From an uncultured virus (IMG/VR IMGVR_UViG_3300046537_000053) (taxonomy: Duplodnaviria; Heunggongvirae; Uroviricota; Caudoviricetes; Schitoviridae), in IMG/VR virus record IMGVR_UViG_3300046537_000053: a stretch of 64,000 nt of DNA; one strand, written 5' to 3'. Positions 46,653-56,445 of the stretch are shown in pieces. Position 1 is the first letter of the stretch, and each line of letters begins with the position of its first letter. The translations under genes were made by a program, and so were the position numbers. Under the pieces are notes generated by a model that had not been told where the DNA came from, did not search any database, and saw only the letters and a list, made by a program, of their open reading frames with translations.

Positions 46653-47840
46653 TTAGAGCGGCGCGACGGTCTTGATGAGACCGATGCGCTCCGGGCGCTT
46701 GACCAGGATACCGTAGTACCACTTGATCGAGCTGAAGCCCGTCTCGCCGTAAGGATCGTTGCGATCGGCGGTCGCGTTGCCCGGCATCTTGGTGATGGTC
46801 GAGAACTTGACCGTCTTGCCGTCCGTCTGGAAGCCGATGGTGGCGAAGCTGTCATCACCGACGACGAGCATCGGATAGACGTTGTACTTGCCGCCACTGA
46901 CCCGATAGCCGGGGTTGGTGACCACGTTGGCACCAGCACCGGTCCAGTTCAGCATTTCCGGAACCTGGACGATGCGGAACGCATCGATGGTGCCGATTTC
47001 GCCGTTGAGGACGGTGCCAGCGTCGCCGTAATGCTGCACGGCGATGAAGGCCTTGTTCGAGAACAGGTCCTGCATACCCTTCAGCAACGGCACCAGCTCC
47101 GAGCCGACGAACATCACACGAGCAGCCGGGATGGTGGCCGTGTCGATGAGACGCGAGCCAGTGACCACCTTGGTCTGCTGCGGAGTGCGGTTGTCGGTCA
47201 GGATCTGGTCGAGACGCATCAGGTCCGCGTAATCGACGATGGCAGCGCCAGCGCCTTCACCCGAAACCGTCGCGTTCGATACCGCGGTGCCCGAATAGAC
47301 AATGACGCCGGCGTTCGCGAGAAGATCCTTCTGGAGGACCGCCTCGGTCAGCTGGACCGCACCCGTGAGAAGCTCACGGCTGAGGTGGTCCATCAGCTTC
47401 TCGTCCGAGTCGAAATCGATCGACTCCTGCGAGAATTCGGTGAAGAAACCGAACTTGGTGATGGAACCCGAACGCTGCAGACGGGTAAAGCCGACGCGGT
47501 TAACGCGGCCACCGTTTTCGCCGAGCAGCGGGAGCTTCGAGGTGATGGCGCCCACGTCACGGCTGGAACCATAGAGGTTGCCGTCCGCGATGGTGGCACC
47601 AGCGGCATCGATGCCCTGGTCATTGACGTTGCGGTCGTCGAGCAGCGGCACATATTCGTAGACCTTGATGGTCTTGCCGAAGTGAGCCGGAATGTTCTCG
47701 ACCGAAGCGAGCGGAAGGAAATACTGGTCCTTCCGTGCGGTGATGATCGCCTTCTTCAACCAGAAGAAGGTGTTCATCTGACCGGAACCGGCGCCGTCGA
47801 TGACCTCCTTGTCACCCGCGCCAGCGGTATAGTTCAACAT
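46653..47840 (-). CDS. Major capsid protein (N4 gp56 family)
   Basis: [46 protein letters not shown]. Confidence 0.96.
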   Translation of the reverse strand: MLNYTAGAGDKEVIDGAGSGQMNTFFWLKKAIITARKDQYFLPLASVENIPAHFGKTIKVYEYVPLLDDRNVNDQGIDAAGATIADGNLYGSSRDVGAITSKLPLLGENGGRVNRVGFTRLQRSGSITKFGFFTEFSQESIDFDSDEKLMDHLSRELLTGAVQLTEAVLQKDLLANAGVIVYSGTAVSNATVSGEGAGAAIVDYADLMRLDQILTDNRTPQQTKVVTGSRLIDTATIPAARVMFVGSELVPLLKGMQDLFSNKAFIAVQHYGDAGTVLNGEIGTIDAFRIVQVPEMLNWTGAGANVVTNPGYRVSGGKYNVYPMLVVGDDSFATIGFQTDGKTVKFSTITKMPGNATADRNDPYGETGFSSIKWYYGILVKRPERIGLIKTVAPL

Positions 47841-47883
47841 GACTTAAACTCCCCACCCATTTGACGGTCACTGCCTCCCCAGG

Positions 47884-49095
47884 TCAGAGCCGTCCGTTCA
47901 TTTGTTTGAGGAAATCATCGTCCGACTCGGCGAGTGGATTTTTGACAACCCCGGCTTTGGTTGGCGCTGCCCGCGTCGGAGACGCAGCCTTTGCCTTATC
48001 GTCGTTCGCTAGGGGTGTCTTCGGTGCAGCAGCTCGAGTGGCGATCGGTTGGGGCCCGGAACCGGGCAGCTCCTCCGTCGCTCCCGCTTGCTTACCGCCC
48101 GGATCAGCTGCTGCTCTGGCTGCTACCAGCGCATCGCCGACCTGGGTGTATGCCTCCAGGAACGGTGTGTTCGGAGGGATATTTCCGAGCATCTTCTGCC
48201 GGTCCACTTCGGCGGTGATCAGGTCATAGACCCCGTTCAACCGCTGTTCGTGGATTATCGCCAGAGTACCTGGATTTTCCCACAAGGCTCCCTTACTGGT
48301 TTCGTCCCACTTGTCGTGGATGGTCGTGATGGTCTCCCGACCGCCATCGAGAGCGACTAGCTCCTCCGTGGCAGTGCGGAAGTTCACCTCGGTATCCGTG
48401 ACCGCGTGACTTCCAGGCTGGTAAGCCGGATCGACACTGGTATCGATATCAAGGATATCGAGGCCGGCATCTTTCACTAACTTTTTGATCGCCTCAGGGT
48501 CTTTCTTGTCCAGATCGATCAGGAAAGAAAGTTTGCCCTCGTCGAGGAGACCGTTGTTGCTGAGCATAGTAACAATTTTTCGGTGAGGCTGCAACTCTTG
48601 CAGTTTGCGGGTGTAGTTAGCACCCATCTGCATGAGTTTTACGGCTTCATCGATGTTGGTCAGCTTGATCTCTTTGCCATTGGCCTTGAACGACATAACT
48701 TTGTCGTAGGCTTCCTGGTAATTGACCGGGGTCTCTTCGACTTTGTCGGTCTTAACTTCCGACTCACTACCGGTAGCGTCAGCTTTATCAGCTGCCTTTT
48801 CTTCGGTTTTGGCGTCGGTTTTGACCTCAGCTTCAGCGCCGGGCTTCGCCTCGGGCTCTGCTTCCCCACCAGCTGCTTCGGCTGACGCCTCCGCAGCGGT
48901 GGCCGCATCGCCCTCGCCTGCAGCCGGCTCGGCTTCAGTCTTGGTTTCAGTTTCGCCTTCGGTGGTAACAGAGGCAGCTGGGGCTGCCTCCGCCACTTCA
49001 GACGGGCTATTGAGGTTGGCCATCTCGGCATCGCTCATGGCGAGGACGTTGGCCGGAGCAGTTTCCTGCTCCTCCTGCTTCAGCTCGTCAGCCAT
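47884..49095 (-). CDS. Scaffold-like protein (N4 gp57-like)
   Basis: Acidic disordered N-terminus; FKANGKEI, LMQMGANYTRK motifs. Confidence 0.85.
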   Translation of the reverse strand: MADELKQEEQETAPANVLAMSDAEMANLNSPSEVAEAAPAASVTTEGETETKTEAEPAAGEGDAATAAEASAEAAGGEAEPEAKPGAEAEVKTDAKTEEKAADKADATGSESEVKTDKVEETPVNYQEAYDKVMSFKANGKEIKLTNIDEAVKLMQMGANYTRKLQELQPHRKIVTMLSNNGLLDEGKLSFLIDLDKKDPEAIKKLVKDAGLDILDIDTSVDPAYQPGSHAVTDTEVNFRTATEELVALDGGRETITTIHDKWDETSKGALWENPGTLAIIHEQRLNGVYDLITAEVDRQKMLGNIPPNTPFLEAYTQVGDALVAARAAADPGGKQAGATEELPGSGPQPIATRAAAPKTPLANDDKAKAASPTRAAPTKAGVVKNPLAESDDDFLKQMNGRL

Positions 49096-49098
49096 GGA

Positions 49099-49488
49099 TT
49101 AAGCCTCCGGTCCGACGACGCCCTCAGGCTGGTTGCCCGCGGCTTCGAGTGCGGCCTCGGCATCTTCGATGCGGGCCTCCTGGATGGCTTCCTCGAGCTT
49201 GAGGATCTCCGCCTCGGCGCGGTTGCCCATCTGCACGGTGACCGACAGGTACCGCTTGAGGTGGCCGGCCGCCTGAGCCAGGCCAAGGCTATCAGCCCGG
49301 GACTCGGCACTCATGGACGGATCGGCCGACAGCTGGGCGTAACGAGCGCAATCTTCCTTGAGGAAACCCTCAATGATCAGCTTGTTGAACTCCCGGTTGC
49401 CAGCCAACTTGATCGCAATGTCACGCTTGGCGACGAGCTCACGATTGTCGGCAATCTGGTCTTCGAGTTGGTTCACATAATCGGTCAC
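49099..49488 (-). CDS. N4 gp58-like protein
   Basis: Helical 129-aa ORF between portal and gp57-like gene; GAGG RBS. Confidence 0.8.
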   Translation of the reverse strand: MTDYVNQLEDQIADNRELVAKRDIAIKLAGNREFNKLIIEGFLKEDCARYAQLSADPSMSAESRADSLGLAQAAGHLKRYLSVTVQMGNRAEAEILKLEEAIQEARIEDAEAALEAAGNQPEGVVGPEA

Positions 49489-49501
49489 GAAACTACCTCA
49501 C

Positions 49502-51826
49502 TCATACAGGCTGGGTTACCATCGCCGGATCCAGCGGCTGGTCTGCCTCTGGTCCGATCGGGAGGCCTGCTCCCCCAATGTCGTCGACTGGCAAGGCGCT
49601 TGCTGCCGGTGCGGGAATTGCCTGCACGGGAGGCGCTACGTTGCTGTCATTGTCCTGCTTGTTGGCGATCCGCGAGTAGCCAATGGCTGCCTCGACATCG
49701 CCGTCCTTTTCCTCGGGCTTCCTGGTCTTGAGCAAGGCCTTGGTGACCTCGAGATCCATGTTGCCCTGAGCCTGGCCACGCTGCTTTTCCATCTCGCGGG
49801 CGTGGGTCGTGCCAGTCTCTTGCTCGACAAAGCCGAGGTTGACGGCATCAGTTTCGGCTTCGGTCTTGTCAGTCTTGGCGTCGTTGAGCTCGGCCTCCGA
49901 CATCAGCTTCTTGACCTTGAACCGCAGTTCCTCGATCTGCAGCTTCTGCATCTCCTGAGCCAGCGGATCCGGCTGCGGCTGGAACTTGGCGATCTTCTCG
50001 GCCAGCTCCGGCAGCTTCGACAGGCGGGCGATCTCGCTGAGGATCATCAGGGTGATCCCCATGTCGACCGTGTTACCCAGCGTCTGCAGCATGAATGCCA
50101 GGTCCTGGGCCTGCTTGGCATCGACTTCGGCGGTCGAGATATCGACCTCGAGATCGAAGTTGCCGGCCAGGTCTTCCCGGCGAACCGTCTGGAACTCGGT
50201 ATTGGTGATCCGGATGGTCTCTTCCTCGCTGAGGAAGGCGGCATTCATCGAGCAGATCTTCTGACCCACTTCCATGATGCCCTTGGCCAGCCGGCGAAGG
50301 ATCGCCATTTCGCGCTTGGAGGCGGCATCCAGCACGCCGCGGATACCCGCGGCCACATCACCATAGGCTTCGCCCGACATGCCACCAGCGAAGCTCTTGA
50401 CGCCGGTGAGGGCCTCGGCTTCCTGGTTCTGCAGGTTGAGCATCAGCATCGCCGATTGCGGGATGTCCGGATACTTGTGCTCGACGATGCCATTGGCCGG
50501 CGAGACGTTCGGGTTGAACTCGTAATCCTTGCCGTCCTCGTAGCGACGGCGGTTGAGCGGATCGAGCATTCCCTTGGCGAAGCCCTGCTGGGCATTGGCT
50601 GACCGGCCGAGGAGATCGATCAGGCCGCGGCTGACAGCGCCGAGGATCGCCTGGTTGTCTTCCAGCAGCTCGGCATCGGGCTCACCATAGAGCTCGCGCT
50701 TGACCGGCAGGTACGGAACCAGAACGAAGGGAAGCTTGCCGTCCGGGAACGGGTTGAGCTCCATGCGGACCAGCGTCTTGCCGATCCAGGTGGCGACGAA
50801 CGGGATCAGCTCGTCATTGCCGTGAATGTCGTAGAAGCCCCAATACTCATAGGCCACGATCTTTCGGCGGGCCTTGTCGTGGAGATTGATCGGATCGGGG
50901 ATCTGCGTCTGGTGGTCGGGCTGCTGCAGCACCGACGAACCTTCGAAGTTGACCTGATCCAAATTTGTGTAGCGTTTGCCTTCCTTCTTGAGGTCGGCCA
51001 GGCAGGTCTCGAATGAGCAGATGGCGAACATCGCCTTGTCGATGTCGCCGTTGCAGGTCGGGTCGATGAACACGTTGGCGATGTTCATGACTTCGGCGGT
51101 CGGCCGGTTCTCGATGATCTTCTCGACCTCGACCACCTGGACCGTGCCATTGTCTTCGGCGTAGGTCGCCTCGCCGGTTTCCTCGTAATAGTCGACGCAC
51201 GCCTTCAGTTCGGGCGGCGCCTGGTCGTTGAAGCTGTGCGGGTCAGATGCCTTGAGGGCAATCGCCTGCTGCAGCATCTGGGCCTGCTCTTCGTCCTCGA
51301 TCGCGAAGTGATCGTAGACCGGCACTTCCTGCTTGATCTTGACGGTGTGACGCTTCCAGCCGACGCGGACGATCGAGGTACCCTCGTCGACCGTTGAGCG
51401 GATGAAGTCGTCGATAAACTTGACCCGGTTCATCTGGGTCCGGAACTGGTAGTTGAGGACCAGCTCGTTCTGCCGGGCAGCCTTGCCGTCTTCGAAGGTG
51501 ACCGGCGAGATCTTGAACAGCTTGGCCGAAGCCAGGAACGGCTCGGTCAGGGCTGAGTAGCGCCACTCTGCCTGGCGCCGGATCAGCTTGGGCTGGACGC
51601 CTGAACGGCCCTTGACCTTGGTCGGCTTGGCCGTGCCCTTCACATGGAGCAGGTCATTCCAGCGATTGATCTTGGTGATCTGAACGCCCTGAACTTGCTT
51701 GGCATTCTCGAAGTCCGTGACCAGGTCGCACAGACGTGGCTCATTGGCCCAATCTGTTAGCTTGGGACCATATTCAGGATTGTTGTCATGATAATTGGCA
51801 GCCTGAGCTGCAGCTACATCCGCCAT
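49502..51826 (-). CDS. Portal protein (N4 gp59-like)
   Basis: QPKLIRRQAEWRYSALTEPFL, AYEYWG, LLGRSANAQ motifs. Confidence 0.95.
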   Translation of the reverse strand: MADVAAAQAANYHDNNPEYGPKLTDWANEPRLCDLVTDFENAKQVQGVQITKINRWNDLLHVKGTAKPTKVKGRSGVQPKLIRRQAEWRYSALTEPFLASAKLFKISPVTFEDGKAARQNELVLNYQFRTQMNRVKFIDDFIRSTVDEGTSIVRVGWKRHTVKIKQEVPVYDHFAIEDEEQAQMLQQAIALKASDPHSFNDQAPPELKACVDYYEETGEATYAEDNGTVQVVEVEKIIENRPTAEVMNIANVFIDPTCNGDIDKAMFAICSFETCLADLKKEGKRYTNLDQVNFEGSSVLQQPDHQTQIPDPINLHDKARRKIVAYEYWGFYDIHGNDELIPFVATWIGKTLVRMELNPFPDGKLPFVLVPYLPVKRELYGEPDAELLEDNQAILGAVSRGLIDLLGRSANAQQGFAKGMLDPLNRRRYEDGKDYEFNPNVSPANGIVEHKYPDIPQSAMLMLNLQNQEAEALTGVKSFAGGMSGEAYGDVAAGIRGVLDAASKREMAILRRLAKGIMEVGQKICSMNAAFLSEEETIRITNTEFQTVRREDLAGNFDLEVDISTAEVDAKQAQDLAFMLQTLGNTVDMGITLMILSEIARLSKLPELAEKIAKFQPQPDPLAQEMQKLQIEELRFKVKKLMSEAELNDAKTDKTEAETDAVNLGFVEQETGTTHAREMEKQRGQAQGNMDLEVTKALLKTRKPEEKDGDVEAAIGYSRIANKQDNDSNVAPPVQAIPAPAASALPVDDIGGAGLPIGPEADQPLDPAMVTQPV

Positions 51827-51900
51827 ATTTCCCCACCCAACCCACGCCTATATGTAATAGACTTTTGTTGGAGTCGAGCAGTTTCTGCCCGACCCCGTTA

Positions 51901-52395
51901 TTATTTGCTTTCTTGAGCGATAATCTCTGACTTTGCTTGGTCGTTCTTCCGCCAGGCATCTGCTTCGGTCAGTACGTCGTCATGCTCTTGGATAACTGTG
52001 ACGAGCCAGTCCCAGGGCACACGCGCCCAGTGTTCTGGAGACACTGCAAGTCCGGCATCCGCTTCGGCGGTAAGGGCTTGCTCGTGTCCACTGGCGCCGG
52101 CGTCGACTGGGGCGGGACAAGATGCACGTCCGGGCCCCCGCACGCGGAGATCAGTAGCAGCAACGGCAGTAGCGAGATGAGCTTCATTGGCTTGGTCTTT
52201 CAGCTTGTTGGCCGCAACCGTGAGCTGGTTAGCGATCCCAGTGGCACGCTTGTCGACATGGGCGTAGGCCGCATCCGACCCGCGCTGGAAGGCAGCATCG
52301 AGCTGATGATCGTACCAGCGGATGATACCGAAGATGGCAAAGCCAATCGCCAGCACCGCGGCGAGGCCTAGTCCGAGCTTGGTCCAGATCGACAT
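51901..52395 (-). CDS. Rz-like i-spanin
   Basis: N-terminal TM helix followed by helical periplasmic domain; probable start 52395 via TAATG overlap. Confidence 0.8.
   Translation of the reverse strand: MSIWTKLGLGLAAVLAIGFAIFGIIRWYDHQLDAAFQRGSDAAYAHVDKRATGIANQLTVAANKLKDQANEAHLATAVAATDLRVRGPGRASCPAPVDAGASGHEQALTAEADAGLAVSPEHWARVPWDWLVTVIQEHDDVLTEADAWRKNDQAKSEIIAQESK
51969..52187 (-). CDS. Rz1-like o-spanin lipoprotein embedded in Rz
   Basis: MKLISLLPLLLLISAC lipobox; Pro-rich mature part with Cys residues; fully nested in a different frame. Confidence 0.75.
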   Translation of the reverse strand: MKLISLLPLLLLISACGGPDVHLVPPQSTPAPVDTSKPLPPKRMPDLQCLQNTGRVCPGTGSSQLSKSMTTY

Positions 52396-52490
52396 TACCA
52401 TGCGAAATTACTCCACCAGAGCTCAGCAAGCAGCCAGGACCCCAACAGGAATACGCTGATCCCTATCAGGGCCCCGGCCACCCACTTCAT
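52395..52490 (-). CDS. 31-aa single-TM peptide
   Basis: MKWVAGALIGISVFLLGSWLLAELWWSNFAW*; GAGGG RBS. Confidence 0.55.
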   Translation of the reverse strand: MKWVAGALIGISVFLLGSWLLAELWWSNFAW

Positions 52491-52494
52491 TCAG

Positions 52495-52743
52495 TTAGCC
52501 CTCAACCGGAGGTTGCTCAGGCGGCTGACGATTTTTGAGTTCACCGATCGCGAACTGGACGACGACCGCCCACAGGATCGGCAGGATCACGGCAACGAGA
52601 CCGTGCCAGCTGGCCGGCAGGAACTCGAGGATCTTGTCGGTCGGCGCACCCGGCTGGGAGACGATCCACAGCAGGATGGCAGTTGCCAACAGGTTGAGCT
52701 TCGTCAGAAGCTCAGACTTCAAGAGATTAACCACTTTGTCCAT
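52495..52743 (-). CDS. Two-TM membrane protein (holin candidate)
   Basis: GGAGGG RBS; two hydrophobic segments; charged C-terminus. Confidence 0.6.
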   Translation of the reverse strand: MDKVVNLLKSELLTKLNLLATAILLWIVSQPGAPTDKILEFLPASWHGLVAVILPILWAVVVQFAIGELKNRQPPEQPPVEG

Positions 52744-52760
52744 AATTCCCTCCACCAATT

Positions 52761-52916
52761 TCAGTTCTTACAGCACTCAAGCCCGGAATAATAGACGGGC
52801 ACGCACTGCGACCCGATCGACTCCATCTGGTTGTCGGGGACCTGGACCAGGGCCCAGGCAGCTCCCATCGCTGCAGCGAGGACCAGGGCCAGTAGCCCGA
52901 TCAGGATCTTTGGCAT
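52761..52916 (-). CDS. 51-aa exported or membrane-anchored Cys-containing peptide
   Basis: MPKILIGLLALVLAAAMGAAWALVQVP...CVPVYYSGLECCKN*; fills the gap between neighbours. Confidence 0.5.
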   Translation of the reverse strand: MPKILIGLLALVLAAAMGAAWALVQVPDNQMESIGSQCVPVYYSGLECCKN

Positions 52917-53083
52917 GACCGGGTCCAATCTCGATCTTGTTTGAAATAGCCGCCTAGCGAGCAGTCGACCGGGGCCCTCGATGGCACGATCTCACACCTA
53001 ACTTCAGCGGCCATAGCCTCATCAATCGAGGCAGCCGCTAGTCCGAGAACCAGACCAATGACGACACAGAGGCCAGCCTTCAT
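52901..53083 (-). CDS. 60-aa protein with signal-peptide-like N-terminus
   Basis: ATGA overlap with endolysin stop; MKAGLCVVIGLVLGLAAAS. Confidence 0.55.
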   Translation of the reverse strand: MKAGLCVVIGLVLGLAAASIDEAMAAEVRCEIVPSRAPVDCSLGGYFKQDRDWTRSCQRS

Positions 53084-53766
53084 GCCTCGTTCCTCGAGAT
53101 GACGGCGCCCTTGCTGTCCATGATCGGCAGTGAGGAGCGGGGCCCGTTGTAGGTCGTCGGCCAACGCAGGCCCTTACAGCGATCGATATCAATCCAGCAG
53201 TCGCAGATGCTGTCGCTCTGGTTCCCGCCGCGGATCCGGTAGCGCCGGCGAATTGGGTCGACGCCAATGATGAAGGCAATATGTCCGCCACCAGGGCGGA
53301 CAAAGATCGCAATGCAGCCGAAGCAGGGCGTCAGCAGCTTGATCCCGAAGTCGAGCCAGTTAAGGCTGTAATAGGGGTTGATCCCGACCTTGCCCGGGAA
53401 TGGTTCACTGGGCAGCGTCAGCTTGATTGCGGTCTCGACCAGATCTGCACACCAGGGCAGCTTGGTCGGATCACCGACCGTGCCGCCACCCGAGCGTAGC
53501 CAGGCAATTAGCTTGGTACGGTCACGGACCTCGTTGACGCCCATGTAGCGGTTGACTTCGTTAATCCAGGGCGTGCGGAGCGGTTCCTCGCTCAGCCCGA
53601 GGATCTTCAGCCCCGACTCTGTCAGGCGGATCGTCGGCGGCATTCCGAACTTGGCATTGAACGTCAGGATCGCCTGTTCGGTCTTGGGACCGTTGATCCC
53701 GTCGACCTTGCCGACATTGAAACCCTGACGCACCAGCGCCAGCTGGATATCTCTGGTTGAAATCAT
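53080..53766 (-). CDS. Endolysin: peptidoglycan-binding domain plus NlpC/P60-CHAP-like (TIGR02594-type) domain
   Basis: IQLALVRQGF..VDGINGPKT; PWCA, GGGHIAF, GGNQ motifs. Confidence 0.9.
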   Translation of the reverse strand: MISTRDIQLALVRQGFNVGKVDGINGPKTEQAILTFNAKFGMPPTIRLTESGLKILGLSEEPLRTPWINEVNRYMGVNEVRDRTKLIAWLRSGGGTVGDPTKLPWCADLVETAIKLTLPSEPFPGKVGINPYYSLNWLDFGIKLLTPCFGCIAIFVRPGGGHIAFIIGVDPIRRRYRIRGGNQSDSICDCWIDIDRCKGLRWPTTYNGPRSSLPIMDSKGAVISRNEA

Positions 53767-53784
53767 TTCCCCACCCCTGGGTTG

Positions 53785-53889
53785 TTATGGTCGTTTATGC
53801 AGTGTCACAGTCGCTTGGGCTGCCTTCCCGAAGGAAACCAACGAGATAGTGCCTGTCACCAGGCCGATTAGGATGATGATCTCAACCAT
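53785..53889 (-). CDS. 34-aa single-TM peptide
   Basis: MVEIIILIGLVTGTISLVSFGKAAQ...; GGAGAG RBS. Confidence 0.5.
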   Translation of the reverse strand: MVEIIILIGLVTGTISLVSFGKAAQATVTLHKRP

Positions 53890-54232
53890 TGTTGACTCTC
53901 CGGGTGACGTAAGTCTGCAGAGCATGGATGAGGAAGCCGAAGCCAAGGGCCCCGGAAAGCATGGAGCCAAGGACCACCAGTGGGACCGGGAGATGCCATT
54001 GCATCGAAGCAGCCATCCACCCGGTCGCGAACGCGGGGACGGCACAGGTCTCACTGATCAGCATGTACAGCCGGCGCCGTTTCCAGAGGCGCAACAGCTC
54101 CGGATCCTGGGGCGGTAACTCGTTGACGTTGAACAGCTTCATTGCAAGTCGGGCCGCCAAACCGGACAACGCCGACAGGGCAAGCATGATCCACAGCAGC
54201 GCCAGCTCAAAACGCTCACCAAAAGTCTCCAT
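53882..54232 (-). CDS. Three-TM membrane protein (holin candidate)
   Basis: Three hydrophobic segments; upstream of endolysin; GGGTGGG before ATG. Confidence 0.65.
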   Translation of the reverse strand: METFGERFELALLWIMLALSALSGLAARLAMKLFNVNELPPQDPELLRLWKRRRLYMLISETCAVPAFATGWMAASMQWHLPVPLVVLGSMLSGALGFGFLIHALQTYVTRRVNNG

Positions 54233-54337
54233 CAATGAACCCACCCGCTCATGGATCGTCCCTCCCCAGAGACTACGCTACATACAGTGACTCACCACTC
54301 AGTTGGAGTTAGTAAGAAATATCTCATCCTGGATACG

Positions 54338-54610
54338 TTATTGTTTCGGTTCTCGCCACTTTTGCATCAACTTTTGATGCACGAACATTGACGAGGCGAT
54401 GCCCGACATCCCACTAAGTCCATAAACGATCGTGGCTGCCCAGCTCAAATCCTTGAACAGGGCGCCCCATAATGTCGTCTGCATCATGGCGATCATGAAG
54501 CTGCCGCCCATCGCCATCCGGAAGTTGCCATGGTTGACGGCCCGGGACTGGAACCCGAGCAGGAATACCGAGCAGTAGCCGGCGATGAAGATCGTCAGGA
54601 GGTGGATCAT
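54338..54610 (-). CDS. Small multi-TM membrane protein
   Basis: VFLLGFQSRAVNHG; three hydrophobic segments. Confidence 0.7.
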   Translation of the reverse strand: MIHLLTIFIAGYCSVFLLGFQSRAVNHGNFRMAMGGSFMIAMMQTTLWGALFKDLSWAATIVYGLSGMSGIASSMFVHQKLMQKWREPKQ

Positions 54611-55245
54611 AGCTGAGCCATCGCTTTGCCCCAGGCCTCGGCCCGGATATCCGACATCGCCTCAGCGATCCGGTTGTGCAGATCCTCGAGCGTGCCACCA
54701 TTGTTGATGAAGCGGAAGCTGTCCTCCCAGTCGATGTCCATCGAGCTGCGGTCTTCCGGCTCCAGACCTCGAGCGGTCGCATCCACCCACCAGATATGAT
54801 CGAACAGCTTGCGGGCCTCGGCGAACTCGTAAGCCGATCGCATCCCGACGTAGAGGTCACCGTCCTCGAGAATGCCTTTGGCTAGGCGGGCTGGATCATC
54901 AGCATTGTACGCCTTGATCGCCTCGTACCATGTTGCCCGGTGGTTGACCCGGTCAGCGTAGCAATCCTCGAGGCTGTCGTAGGTGATCCCCAGCTCGGCC
55001 ATCCGCGGCCGGCAGACGATCTCGGCACAGAAGTGGCTCGAGCTTTGAAAGCTGAAGCCGTAGTGATCCCTCAAGATCTCGGCGACCGTGTCCTTGCCGT
55101 GCCGGGCCCAGCCGAGCACCAGGATCTTGGGCTTGCCGAGCTGGCCGGGAGCGTCGCCATAACGGCAGCCCCCGACGCAGCCCTTCATGCAATGTTCGAT
55201 TGAGCGGCTACAGAATAGCCGTGCATCGGTCTGGATTTTGGTCAT
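54607..55245 (-). CDS. dNMP kinase-like P-loop protein
   Basis: GWARHGKDTVA; FINNGGTLEDL. Confidence 0.8.
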   Translation of the reverse strand: MTKIQTDARLFCSRSIEHCMKGCVGGCRYGDAPGQLGKPKILVLGWARHGKDTVAEILRDHYGFSFQSSSHFCAEIVCRPRMAELGITYDSLEDCYADRVNHRATWYEAIKAYNADDPARLAKGILEDGDLYVGMRSAYEFAEARKLFDHIWWVDATARGLEPEDRSSMDIDWEDSFRFINNGGTLEDLHNRIAEAMSDIRAEAWGKAMAQL

Positions 55246-55252
55246 TGGTCAT

Positions 55253-56386
55253 TTAGCTCCCCAACATCTCCGGCGTGACGCTGTTGCTTGCGACCTGACC
55301 GAAGTCCCGGTGATAAGTTAGAGCAGTCAACTCGCGGTCTGTAAAGTAGCCATGGCGAGCCGAATGGGCATCCATCGCTGCCAATGTTGGCCACTGTGTC
55401 ACCCTGGCACCATTATGGTCTTTCTCTTCCTTGTGGTGACGGTGGCCGACGTGGATGTGAACCTTGGGGCAACGGCCCCACATCTCGCGGAACATGGCAG
55501 CGAACAGCAGCGGCAGCTGGTCGTTCTTCTTCATGTGCCCATGGTGGAAGCCGATCAGGTTCACGCCCCAGTCGAGCGCGTAGAACGGCAGCTCATTCTG
55601 GTGAACGCTGATCCTTGGCTCGTCTTCGAACAGGGCAGCAAACAACTTCCGGAGCCAGAGCGAACCGGTGAGATCGTGGTTACCCTCCATCACCAGCAGC
55701 ACGACCTGCTCATGCTTTTGCAGAGCCAGGTTGACCAGTTGACGGATCAGCCGGATCGCGACGTCGACCACCTTGCTGAAGCGGCCGTCCGCATCAAGCA
55801 CATGGCCTGAAGTCGGGGTGATTGGCAGCAGGCCGTCGAAGTGTAAAAAATCACCCCCGATATTTATCACCGCGGTGTGGCTGGCTGGTGAGGAATTCAC
55901 CAGGGACTGCATCGAGGCAACGCCGACTTCTTCGGCGATCCTCAGGTCCCAGTCGGCGCCGCCTTCCTTATGCCAGGCCAGCATTCCGACGTGGTAGTCG
56001 AAAAAGTTGTACAGAGTCAGCAGCTTGGCCAGGACATGGGTCGGTGCATCGATCGGCCGGACCGGGTCGACAGTGGCACACATTGCGGCGATCGCAGCCT
56101 CGAGCTGGATCTGCCGGGCTTCATCGTCGGGGGACTGGCGTTCCCAGGTCCGCTCGATGTCACCGTCCGAGTTGCGCTGGACCGTGACCTTGCCCATCAA
56201 GTAACCGGGCGCCACACCGTTGTCGAAATGTCCGGGTGCCAGACCCAGTCTGGCTTTGTGTTCAGGGGTGAGAGCGGCCTCGGCCATCTCTTCTTTCAAT
56301 CGGCCGCGGAAGGTGCTGTCGGCAATTCCTAATGCCTTGGCTGCTCCGCGCTTACTGCCATGCGTCTTCCACGCTTCATGATACAT
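55253..56386 (-). CDS. HTH plus calcineurin-like metallophosphoesterase
   Basis: N-terminal HTH; DYH, GGDFLH, GNHD, FHHGH, GHRHH motifs. Confidence 0.85.
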   Translation of the reverse strand: MYHEAWKTHGSKRGAAKALGIADSTFRGRLKEEMAEAALTPEHKARLGLAPGHFDNGVAPGYLMGKVTVQRNSDGDIERTWERQSPDDEARQIQLEAAIAAMCATVDPVRPIDAPTHVLAKLLTLYNFFDYHVGMLAWHKEGGADWDLRIAEEVGVASMQSLVNSSPASHTAVINIGGDFLHFDGLLPITPTSGHVLDADGRFSKVVDVAIRLIRQLVNLALQKHEQVVLLVMEGNHDLTGSLWLRKLFAALFEDEPRISVHQNELPFYALDWGVNLIGFHHGHMKKNDQLPLLFAAMFREMWGRCPKVHIHVGHRHHKEEKDHNGARVTQWPTLAAMDAHSARHGYFTDRELTALTYHRDFGQVASNSVTPEMLGS

Positions 56387-56445
56387 GTGTACTGTCCCTC
56401 CCCAGGGCTGATAGAGTTAACTTTTGTGGAACTGCTCCTAAATTT

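Noticed and set aside
44157..47864. Long + strand ORFs (543 aa, 419 aa) opposite structural genes
   Set aside because: Antisense shadows of well-supported minus-strand genes.
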